Of a DNA stretch of 64,000 bases, positions 57,245 through 64,000 are shown in pieces. The DNA is from a virus. Below the pieces are notes generated by a model, which saw only the letters and a list, made by a program, of their open reading frames with translations, ran no database searches and had not been told where the DNA came from. Made by a program: the position numbers and the translations under genes. Position 1 is the first letter of the stretch; each line of letters starts with the position of its first letter. The stretch covers positions 90,409 to 154,408 of IMG/VR virus record IMGVR_UViG_3300028045_000007, one strand, 5' to 3'.

Positions 57245-58446
57245 TGTGCAGTCTCCAGCCTCACTTTTTCAAGGACGAGTTTCCAAATTTTATCTTCGAT
57301 ATCTTTATCATCGAGAAGAGCAAACACAAAGCCCATCTCTGCGTTTTGCACATTGGTGATTATCCACTGTGCATACAGCTTACGTGATTGATTGATTCCA
57401 ACTGTTGACAGAAGACTGTTGTGATTATCGTAGGCACGTCCCAAGAGGTCGTTATACAACCCCTGTACATACGCACGCATGTCGTCAAAGTCACGGGCAA
57501 TACTTGTAGGTAATTGCTTAACTGTAACTCCATACTCGGAACCACGAATAAGATTAATGACTCCCTTTGGACTGAGATTGTCGAGCAATCTATGGATGCG
57601 TAGGTACGTTGGGCTCTTCACTTTGACTCGAAGTCCATTGTCAAAGCGTGCCACATACCCTTCTGAATTCTCGTCAAAAGGGATGCTTCCTTGCAGATCA
57701 ATGTCGAACCGACGTGGACGGTGGAAGCCGCAACGCTCAGCTATCTGATCTACACGACGCGGGTGCCACTCGGTGCCGTTATGCTCGAATATTGCTAACA
57801 ACGAGAGAAAACTCTCGCCGTTATAATCTACTACAATTCTGTTTCCAGGATAGATGATCTCGAATACAGGAGTACAATTTGTCGGCAAAGCCTCCAGATT
57901 ATAGCGACACCTTGGTGCGGGCCATTCTGGAAACAGAGATTTTCCCGTTTCATCACCAACCATAATAGTTTCGTTGAGGATACGAGTACCCTCGACAGCT
58001 TGGTCAGATTCCGTGCTGCCTGGAGTAGCGAGACGCCACGTTGGAATCTTTATAGGATAGACGTGCCTGTTTTTGTAAAACTCTGGATCTTCTTCAAACG
58101 TTGGCAATGGGGCTCTCGTGTCAGGACCATCGGTCCCGAAGTATCCGATGCCGCACGAGCCGTCCATCTTTTCCCATATCTCTACCCCCTCCTTCCAGGG
58201 GAGATTCTTTGGCTCGGTCTCTGGACGTTCGTTCATATTGAAGAACTTAGAGAATGGGCGAGCTACGACCGTACCGTCCGTTCGAAAGATGATGCCGCGA
58301 GCTTGGCGGTTCGTCTCGTTCCATCTATCGTGGATGTGACAGTCTTGCGTGTACTTGAATAGGGTCAAGTCGCCGCTAATATTTGCTACAACGTTACCAG
58401 CTTCGACTTCCTTCCAGAGTTTATTTAGTAGGATTGGGTCTTTCAT
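57241..58446 (-). CDS. RNA ligase, T4 Rnl1-like
   Basis: ARGIIF, RPFSKFFN, EKMDGS (motif I), FEII, EGYV, VKVKSPTY. Confidence 0.9.
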   Translation of the reverse strand: MKDPILLNKLWKEVEAGNVVANISGDLTLFKYTQDCHIHDRWNETNRQARGIIFRTDGTVVARPFSKFFNMNERPETEPKNLPWKEGVEIWEKMDGSCGIGYFGTDGPDTRAPLPTFEEDPEFYKNRHVYPIKIPTWRLATPGSTESDQAVEGTRILNETIMVGDETGKSLFPEWPAPRCRYNLEALPTNCTPVFEIIYPGNRIVVDYNGESFLSLLAIFEHNGTEWHPRRVDQIAERCGFHRPRRFDIDLQGSIPFDENSEGYVARFDNGLRVKVKSPTYLRIHRLLDNLSPKGVINLIRGSEYGVTVKQLPTSIARDFDDMRAYVQGLYNDLLGRAYDNHNSLLSTVGINQSRKLYAQWIITNVQNAEMGFVFALLDDKDIEDKIWKLVLEKVRLETAQ

Positions 58447-58459
58447 AATGGCTCCGCCA

Positions 58460-58708
58460 TTAGGGCCATAGGCAAATCACTTTCGCAAACCCGTCTCTTT
58501 CTCCGGGGTCAAGACAGCAGTCGTCGTCACTGTGTGCATCAGAATAATAGCTATCGATTCGATCCGTTTCCAGGTTGTCGGGATGCACACTGCCCTCGTC
58601 GATGGAGTACAATGAGCTATACCCGTTGCCCTCTGGGTCCTTGCTCAGAATGACTTCGGCATCTTGGTTGTATTCCTTGAGGATTTCGATTAATTCGCTG
58701 ACCTTCAT
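58460..58708 (-). CDS. Hypothetical phage protein
   Basis: MKVSELIEILK...DPEGNGY...LWP. Confidence 0.7.
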   Translation of the reverse strand: MKVSELIEILKEYNQDAEVILSKDPEGNGYSSLYSIDEGSVHPDNLETDRIDSYYSDAHSDDDCCLDPGERDGFAKVICLWP

Positions 58709-59001
58709 GACTTCTTAGGTGCTTTCTTCCTGGTTGTTTTTGCCTTAGGCTTGTCCTGCTCCTCGGTGGGATCGGGGTCAAGCCACTCGATTGAGCCGTT
58801 CCCTTCGTGGCCATGAATAGCCACAAATGTTTTCATGTTGTCGTATACACTGACGGTGCCCATATTGGACAACCATGTAAATACAACTTTACCGTTGGAC
58901 ATTTCGCAGCCCTCACCCACGATGCCCGTGCCACTGACGCCTGAAACGTCTTCGACACGAACAAAGTGGAAGCGTCTAATTGAAGGTGTTTGACTATTCA
59001 T
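58705..59001 (-). CDS. Hypothetical phage protein
   Basis: RRF..VR.EDVSGVSGTG.V.EG...HGH.G. Confidence 0.75.
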   Translation of the reverse strand: MNSQTPSIRRFHFVRVEDVSGVSGTGIVGEGCEMSNGKVVFTWLSNMGTVSVYDNMKTFVAIHGHEGNGSIEWLDPDPTEEQDKPKAKTTRKKAPKKS

Positions 59002-60244
59002 GATCCTTGAGGGCTTTAGCCCTTTCGTTTTCCATACGTTGGGCGATCTTGCGACCGTCTTTGAGGTGGGCGAAGAGCGTTCCCCTTACCGTCCGCACGA
59101 CAGCGGCAGCTTGCACCAACGCTTCGCGGTTCGGGTACGGTTCAACAATAGACTCGGGACCGCGACCCTGGGCATCAGCCTGACAGGCCAAACCCACACG
59201 CCGCAGCAGCACGTCATTGTGAACAACGCCAAGACGCATCAATAGACGAACTCTCTTGACGGGCTTCATGATGTCGAAACGATGCACGTTTAGGTGTTCT
59301 CGCGTCACGGCAACCGCGACCGCTCGAAAACCATTCGGGACACGTAAACGATCACACATTTCCTTTACTAGCGGCACCCCAAGACGCTCATGGTCGTAGT
59401 GGTGCGGAAGGTTATCGTCCGGCGTGACTGCTTTACCAAAATCGTGCGTTAGCACGGCAAACATCGTCTCGTCGTCGGCACCCAAGGCTCTGGCTCTTTC
59501 GAGTACCAGGAGCGTATGCTTGTACGCATCCCCTTCGGGATGATACTGTTCCGGTTGCACGCGACCCCGAAGGTCCACAAGTTCCGGAAACACAGCTTCC
59601 AGTGCCATCATTTTATCAAGAGCTTCAAAGAACAGTCTGGGGTGATGCGATTGCAAAGCCTTTAGGAGTTCTCCCCACACTCTGTCGGGCGTGAGGTCGA
59701 AAAGCTCATCATGCACGTCTATTGCGGCAAGCACAAGCTCATCCGAAACTACCATGTTCAACTGAGCAGCGAATCGTGCGGCTCGCAGCACACGAAGGGG
59801 GTCTTCGGCAAAGTGCGGGCCGACCGGACGTAGTACACCCTTTTGCAGATCGTCGGTTCCGCCGAACGGATCGAACAGCTTGCCCGTGAACGGGTCCATA
59901 GCCATTGCGTTGATCCGCAAGTCTCGTCGCCTAAGATCTTCTTCGAGCGTTACGTTAACAGTATCGCACTCGAAGCCATCGTGACCAGCACCCACCTTTT
60001 TGTCGGTCCTGGCGAGTGCCCACTCTACACCGTCCTTGATGTAGACAGGGAAACCCTTACCCACGGGGTCAGCGGCCTCTAGTGCGGCCTCTAGCCCCTC
60101 GGGATCAAGTCCAACGACCACGATATCTACGTCTTTGGGGTTACGGCCCATGATCTTATCACGGACCCACCCACCTACAACGTAGGGCTGGCCGCCAGCG
60201 TCAACAATGCGTTGACATAGCTTGAGGTGTCGATTGCGTAGCAT
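58994..60244 (-). CDS. cca: Multifunctional CCA-adding tRNA nucleotidyltransferase with HD domain
   Basis: VGGWVRD, DVD, EDLRRRDLRINAMA, EDPLRVLRAARF, HPEGD...HT, HDFGK. Confidence 0.92.
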   Translation of the reverse strand: MLRNRHLKLCQRIVDAGGQPYVVGGWVRDKIMGRNPKDVDIVVVGLDPEGLEAALEAADPVGKGFPVYIKDGVEWALARTDKKVGAGHDGFECDTVNVTLEEDLRRRDLRINAMAMDPFTGKLFDPFGGTDDLQKGVLRPVGPHFAEDPLRVLRAARFAAQLNMVVSDELVLAAIDVHDELFDLTPDRVWGELLKALQSHHPRLFFEALDKMMALEAVFPELVDLRGRVQPEQYHPEGDAYKHTLLVLERARALGADDETMFAVLTHDFGKAVTPDDNLPHHYDHERLGVPLVKEMCDRLRVPNGFRAVAVAVTREHLNVHRFDIMKPVKRVRLLMRLGVVHNDVLLRRVGLACQADAQGRGPESIVEPYPNREALVQAAAVVRTVRGTLFAHLKDGRKIAQRMENERAKALKDHE

Positions 60245-60250
60245 ACGGAC

Positions 60251-60278
60251 AGTATACACCCTTGCGGGTGATTGTCAA
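60251..60278 (-). promoter_or_regulatory. Sigma70-type promoter, probably leaderless cca mRNA
   Basis: TTGACA-N16-TATACT, then 6 nt to ATG 60244. Confidence 0.7.
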
Positions 60279-60589
60279 GTCTTTTCAGAGAAACAGTTGC
60301 AGTTTTGTACGCAAGCAACTGTAATTGGAGGAGACGGGGCGACATTCTTGACTCCCCAGAAACACACCGCCCTGACACGTTCGTGCTCGATTGTGTGTTC
60401 AACAATATCCATTGTTTCTTCGTCGTCCTCAACAGATTCACAGATATCGAATGGTGAAACGGAATCGTCTGGGGGTCCACCAGTCATACCAGCATGAAAG
60501 ACACGCTCTTGCTCGGTCTCTTTCACGCACATGCCATACTTGCACTTCCAGCATAAGCTGGACTTGGCATCAATTTTACGATCACTCAT
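60275..60589 (-). CDS. Cys-rich hypothetical protein
   Basis: CWKCKYGMC...C...CVQNCNC. Confidence 0.65.
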   Translation of the reverse strand: MSDRKIDAKSSLCWKCKYGMCVKETEQERVFHAGMTGGPPDDSVSPFDICESVEDDEETMDIVEHTIEHERVRAVCFWGVKNVAPSPPITVACVQNCNCFSEKT

Positions 60590-61091
60590 TAAAAATATCC
60601 ATATTGGACCACTCTTGTTCATCGTCGAGCGGCTGGTACTTAGAGATTTGTTTTTCTAGCGTAGCGAGAGGAACGCCATGAATGTTACGAGCGAACAAAG
60701 TCTCGGCATCCCATGGACCCGGCGTACGCCAGACTTCCAACTCGCATCCATACTGTTCAGCGAGTTGGAGGTAGGGGTTGAGTTCCCACTTGCTCATACT
60801 GGTATTAGATACGATTGCATCACAACCAATAAGAATGGTACGCTCGACATTCAATTGGCACCAGCGATGAGCTTGACTCAATTTTGTTGGATCAAAGTTG
60901 TATTCGTCTCCGAATTCACTTGTGAAGAATTGGTCTGCCTCATGGAAAACGACACGCGGACCATAGGTGGCACCCATGATTCTTGTGTGTCCCTTGCCGT
61001 ATTTTGCTTCGTCCTCTTTTCGTTCGATAGAACGAGCGATCGTAGTCTTGCCGCTACCGCTAGGGCCTCGAATGATGATTACTTTACTCAT
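60582..61091 (-). CDS. P-loop kinase (AAA_33 / polynucleotide-kinase-like)
   Basis: RGPSGSGKT, EADQFF, AHRWC, IVSNT, RNIHGVP. Confidence 0.85.
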   Translation of the reverse strand: MSKVIIIRGPSGSGKTTIARSIERKEDEAKYGKGHTRIMGATYGPRVVFHEADQFFTSEFGDEYNFDPTKLSQAHRWCQLNVERTILIGCDAIVSNTSMSKWELNPYLQLAEQYGCELEVWRTPGPWDAETLFARNIHGVPLATLEKQISKYQPLDDEQEWSNMDIFNE

Positions 61092-61100
61092 GATATAAAT

Positions 61101-61133
61101 TAAGCGGGGACCAAACTTTTCGGTCCCCGCTTA
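61101..61133 (-). terminator. Stem-loop terminator after ssb
   Basis: TAAGCGGGGACC-N9-GGTCCCCGCTTA perfect 12-bp stem, then AT-rich sequence. Confidence 0.7.
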
Positions 61134-61136
61134 GGG

Positions 61137-61535
61137 TTAGAAAAGCTTACTGCCTTCTGTTTCTGCGTCTTCGGGTTCACTATTGACGGCGACTTCGGCG
61201 GGTCCGTTACTCACCTTGTTGCCAGTGAAGAAGAAGCCTCCGTAGTTTTCCAGACGGATTTCAAGCTTGGATCGCTTGTTGCCTTCTGCATCTTCCCACT
61301 TGTTCATGACGATCTGACCACGAACATTCACCTGTTGTCCCTTGATGAGATGAGATTCGATGACGGCTACTTGCTTACCAAAAGCAACGCAGTCGATGAA
61401 TGCGGTTTCGGGACGGTTCTTGGTGCCGATGTTTGATGCGATTGTAAAGCGGGCCACCCTGTTTTCTTCATTCCCCATAATCTTTGGGGTATCCGTAAGG
61501 TTGCCTTGGACGATTGCTACGTTGAGATTACTCAT
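61137..61535 (-). CDS. ssb: Single-stranded DNA-binding protein
   Basis: LN..IVQGNLT.TP, ARFTIASN, FIDCVAFGK, KGQQVNVRG, WED.EG.KRSK; acidic tail ending LF. Confidence 0.92.
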   Translation of the reverse strand: MSNLNVAIVQGNLTDTPKIMGNEENRVARFTIASNIGTKNRPETAFIDCVAFGKQVAVIESHLIKGQQVNVRGQIVMNKWEDAEGNKRSKLEIRLENYGGFFFTGNKVSNGPAEVAVNSEPEDAETEGSKLF

Positions 61536-61920
61536 TTGTGTCTTCAGTGCTGGGGGTAGATTGTTTGGCCTCGATGACCTCGATTAGTGCCTGTGCCCGT
61601 GTGATGTCTCCTGACTTCATACGGTTATGTTGTGATTGTGATACTCGGAACCTACGACGCACTCCGATAGCTCCCTCAACACGATCAGAGAAGTTCTCCA
61701 ACGTAAGACCCGGCTCCAGATAAACAGAATCGGGAATGTCGGGACGAGTACGGTCTTGAAGGTTTTTCAAGCCTCCATTTTGGATGAACTCTTGGAATGC
61801 TTCTTCTCTAGTCAGTACACCACCGTCAATGCGTTGCTTCTGATCCTTAGAGATACGGAAACGGAACCCGGTTTGGGCAGTGAAGTTTTCGAGCGTTAGA
61901 TTATCTGTGGTTGCAGTCAT
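61528..61920 (-). CDS. Hypothetical protein with two internal repeats
   Basis: LTLENF...RFR.S..Q..R...G..TR..A occurs twice; GAGG RBS. Confidence 0.75.
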   Translation of the reverse strand: MTATTDNLTLENFTAQTGFRFRISKDQKQRIDGGVLTREEAFQEFIQNGGLKNLQDRTRPDIPDSVYLEPGLTLENFSDRVEGAIGVRRRFRVSQSQHNRMKSGDITRAQALIEVIEAKQSTPSTEDTNE

Positions 61921-61959
61921 TATAGTTTAACCTCGTGGTTGGGGTCGTGTTACGGTATT

Positions 61960-61987
61960 ATTATGACACTACTGGTCTAGAGTGTAA
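61960..61987 (-). promoter_or_regulatory. Possible extended -10 promoter for the ssb operon
   Basis: TTACAC-N16-CATAAT with TGT directly before the -10. Confidence 0.4.
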
Positions 61988-62047
61988 CGTAGTTTCTGGA
62001 GTTTCTTCATTCCAAAAACCAGAGGAGTAGGGTTTCTGAACTTTAAC

Positions 62048-62929
62048 CTACTCATGAGATTCGGTGTTTTGATGAGGCCGCTCATTGGCAAGTCTCTCTC
62101 GGATTTCGCTTAGGGTGTATTCTTTGATCAGTGTACCATCGAGGAAAACGGTTTCGAATTCGCAGTTACGAACTTCGATCCAGGCCGTTTGATCAACCTT
62201 GTAGAGTTCGCCATCAGTATCTCGGTGGACGGCGACAAGCCCCTTGGACATGATTGCGTGCGTTACGACCAAGAAGACTCGTTTGGCACCTCGCCCCCTG
62301 AGCTTCGCTGCCAAAGCGAGGAAGGTGCCGCCGCCGTCGCAGAGATCGTCTACGATGATGTAGTCTTCGCAGTCGGCGGGGAGTTCGGGGACGACCATTT
62401 CCATTACGTGATGGTGTTCTGCCATCTCGTCTCTCTTCTTGTCGCACTGAACAAGAGGACGCAAGAAGTGTTGAGCGTATTTCCCAACCCAGAGTGATGC
62501 TCCCTTGTCGGGAGAGACGATGGCGTACTTTATTAGACCGAAGTCTTCGATACACTTGCCGATGAGGGTGTCCGTCATGTCGTCTTCGGCACTTGTGCGT
62601 AGTAATTCTAGCGTTACGGGCGAGTGCGGCTTGAGAACTGTCACGGTCTTAAAGTTTAGCGTATTGATGAAGCTACAAACGATTTCGAGATCGAATGCTT
62701 CGCCCACGCTAAACTCACGATCACAGCGGGCGGCAAGTAGATACACAATACTCAGATGCTTGAGATTGGGTAAAATGTGAGTAGCTTGTGCCAGCAGGAA
62801 TAGGTCGTCGAAATTGCGAATCGACGCTCTGATCGATGTCGTGTAAAAGTGCTCAAAGTCCGGGGGCACGATAAGGTGTTTGTGTCCGTCCGGAAAGTTG
62901 GCTACGGGGATATCGTGTAAATTTATCAT
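62048..62929 (-). CDS. prs: Ribose-phosphate pyrophosphokinase-like protein fused in frame to a NAMPT-like C-terminal remnant
   Basis: FPDG, ARCDR, PHS, VSPDKGA, KKRD, IVDDLCDGGGTF, VTH; the last ~65 aa resemble the NAMPT C-terminus. Confidence 0.85.
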   Translation of the reverse strand: MINLHDIPVANFPDGHKHLIVPPDFEHFYTTSIRASIRNFDDLFLLAQATHILPNLKHLSIVYLLAARCDREFSVGEAFDLEIVCSFINTLNFKTVTVLKPHSPVTLELLRTSAEDDMTDTLIGKCIEDFGLIKYAIVSPDKGASLWVGKYAQHFLRPLVQCDKKRDEMAEHHHVMEMVVPELPADCEDYIIVDDLCDGGGTFLALAAKLRGRGAKRVFLVVTHAIMSKGLVAVHRDTDGELYKVDQTAWIEVRNCEFETVFLDGTLIKEYTLSEIRERLANERPHQNTESHE

Positions 62930-62981
62930 AACTCGGAACCGCCATTAGTCTTCTTCGTTTTCCATGTTATTTATAGTGTGT

Positions 62982-63068
62982 TGGTACGGAAGAGGGGACT
63001 TGAACCCCTACACCCTTTCGGATACGAGATTCTAAATCTCGTGCGTCTACCAATTACGCCACTTCCGC
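62982..63068 (-). tRNA. tRNA-Leu (anticodon TAG), long variable arm, encoded CCA
   Basis: GCGGAAG/CTTCCGT acceptor, CGAGA-TTTAGAA-TCTCG anticodon arm, AGGGG-TTCAAGT-CCCCT T arm, A73-CCA. Confidence 0.95.
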
Positions 63069-63094
63069 ATGTGATGCCGCTATGCGACATGTTC

Positions 63095-63171
63095 TGGTGA
63101 CTGGAGTCGGACTCGAACCGACAACTTCTTGCTTTTGAAACAAGTGACTCTGCCAATTGGCCTACCCAGTC
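63095..63171 (-). tRNA. tRNA-Leu (anticodon CAA), short variable loop, encoded CCA
   Basis: GACTGGG/TCCAGTC acceptor, CTTGT-TTCAAAA-GCAAG anticodon arm, 5-nt variable loop, GTCGG-TTCGAGT-CCGAC T arm. Confidence 0.9.
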
Positions 63172-63233
63172 GTTTCTACCTGTAGAGTAGAGATAACTAC
63201 CGTGCCCGGAGGCGGCCCGATTTTGTCGTACAC

Positions 63234-63656
63234 TCACTTGTGCCCGACCCAGCGTGCTCGGTAGTCTTGTTCTGTTTTGCGAATCCAGCGTCCAATGACC
63301 TTGGGGTCGTCGAAGTCGGGCTCGAAGTTTTGGCCGTATTTGGCCTTGAGACGTTCGGTCTCGGACGCACGAGCCAACTCGCGGTTTTGCTCGAATATCT
63401 GCTCGAACACTTCCTGCATGATGAAGCTCTTGCCAGCCGCTAGATCGAAACCACCTTCCAGAGAGCCGATAGGATACCCTTGGGGGCGGATGGTATCGAT
63501 GTGCTTATTGCCCAGGGTCCGCCCCATATGCTGGTGATCTAGACTGTCATACGCCTTTTGTTGAAGCTGGCGAAGATACTCTAGTTCCGCGTCGGGCACG
63601 TGATCATTCAGCACGCAGGGATTCGGTTCCCCAATCGGAGTCTCTTTGTCGGTCAT
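63234..63656 (-). CDS. Hypothetical protein
   Basis: ATGA-coupled to the upstream ORF. Confidence 0.65.
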   Translation of the reverse strand: MTDKETPIGEPNPCVLNDHVPDAELEYLRQLQQKAYDSLDHQHMGRTLGNKHIDTIRPQGYPIGSLEGGFDLAAGKSFIMQEVFEQIFEQNRELARASETERLKAKYGQNFEPDFDDPKVIGRWIRKTEQDYRARWVGHK

Positions 63657-63940
63657 TTTGCCTTTTCCCACGTGTACGAGACGCACGGAATCCGAACGAC
63701 CTCGGGGCACTCCAGTTGGTAGTCGTAGTACCAGTCGGTGTAGTGCGAGCCGGTCCTGCTGACGGACATCATGAACCCTTTGACGCCGTCCTCAACGGGG
63801 GTATCGTCGTCAGCCGCTCGAAAAACGACATCTCGGTGTTCGTACTTGCCGCCGCCAATCCATTCGCCTTCGTCGAGGACGGTGAATTCGTCGCTGTCGC
63901 CGCAGAGGATGTCTTGGGCTTGTTCTTCGGTGAGTTTCAT
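63653..63940 (-). CDS. Hypothetical acidic phage protein
   Basis: GKY...VF...SRTGSHYTDWYY motif; directly after a consensus promoter. Confidence 0.75.
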   Translation of the reverse strand: MKLTEEQAQDILCGDSDEFTVLDEGEWIGGGKYEHRDVVFRAADDDTPVEDGVKGFMMSVSRTGSHYTDWYYDYQLECPEVVRIPCVSYTWEKAK

Positions 63941-63946
63941 GCCGTC

Positions 63947-63974
63947 ATTATAGCTCGCTATCGCTCGCTGTCAA
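63947..63974 (-). promoter_or_regulatory. Consensus sigma70 promoter, probably leaderless
   Basis: TTGACA-N16-TATAAT, then 6 nt to ATG 63940. Confidence 0.8.
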
Positions 63975-64000
63975 GAAGATTCTTGTGAAAGTGTTCGGCC

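Noticed and set aside
62946-62966. Mini-ORF MENEED* and a TATAAATA (T4 late-like) box upstream of prs
   Set aside because: Too short, no RBS, and not repeated in the right orientation elsewhere; cannot be supported
63095-63171. Reading the anticodon as TCA (opal suppressor or Sec)
   Set aside because: Stem pairing CTTGT/GCAAG fixes the loop as TTCAAAA, so the anticodon is CAA
62971-63237. 88-aa minus-strand ORF in the track
   Set aside because: It overlaps both tRNA genes and is spurious
190-63988. Many short antisense or out-of-frame ORFs in the track
   Set aside because: They lie within well-supported genes and show no motifs or RBS
1-64000. Stop-codon reassignment as seen in some jumbo phages
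   Set aside because: Conserved genes are full-length in code 11; TAA, TAG and TGA all end genes at expected positions; neither tRNA is a suppressor

Overview
This 64-kb window reads as part of a large tailed (jumbo-type) dsDNA bacteriophage genome in the standard bacterial code, with densely packed, often overlapping genes. The + strand (1-45.5 kb) carries: (i) a replication operon (DnaB helicase, primase, Cas4/RecB-like nuclease, ClpP-like protease, DnaE, SSB-like protein, sigma factor); (ii) a ~20-kb glycan-building island (9.4-29.5 kb) with about 11 glycosyltransferases, 6 SAM methyltransferases, Gmd/Fcl (GDP-fucose), an IMPDH/GMPR-family enzyme, a NUDIX hydrolase and a nucleotidyltransferase; (iii) recombination and nucleotide genes (annealing protein, dUTPase, FAD oxidoreductase, class II RNR, ThyX); (iv) a modular, paralogous set of Gly/Ser-rich putative virion surface proteins. 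The - strand (45.5-64 kb) carries PhoH, peptide deformylase plus methionine aminopeptidase, UDG, a second sigma factor, an SMC-like ATPase, a DnaQ-like exonuclease, dNMP kinase, an RNA-repair set (RNA ligase, CCA enzyme, P-loop kinase), SSB, a Prs gene fused to what looks like a NAMPT C-terminal remnant, and two tRNA-Leu genes. The best candidate for a new system is a phage-encoded cytoplasmic pathway making a methylated, fucose-containing glycan, possibly coating the Ser-Gly-rich virion proteins. All calls come from manual motif recognition; no searches were run.
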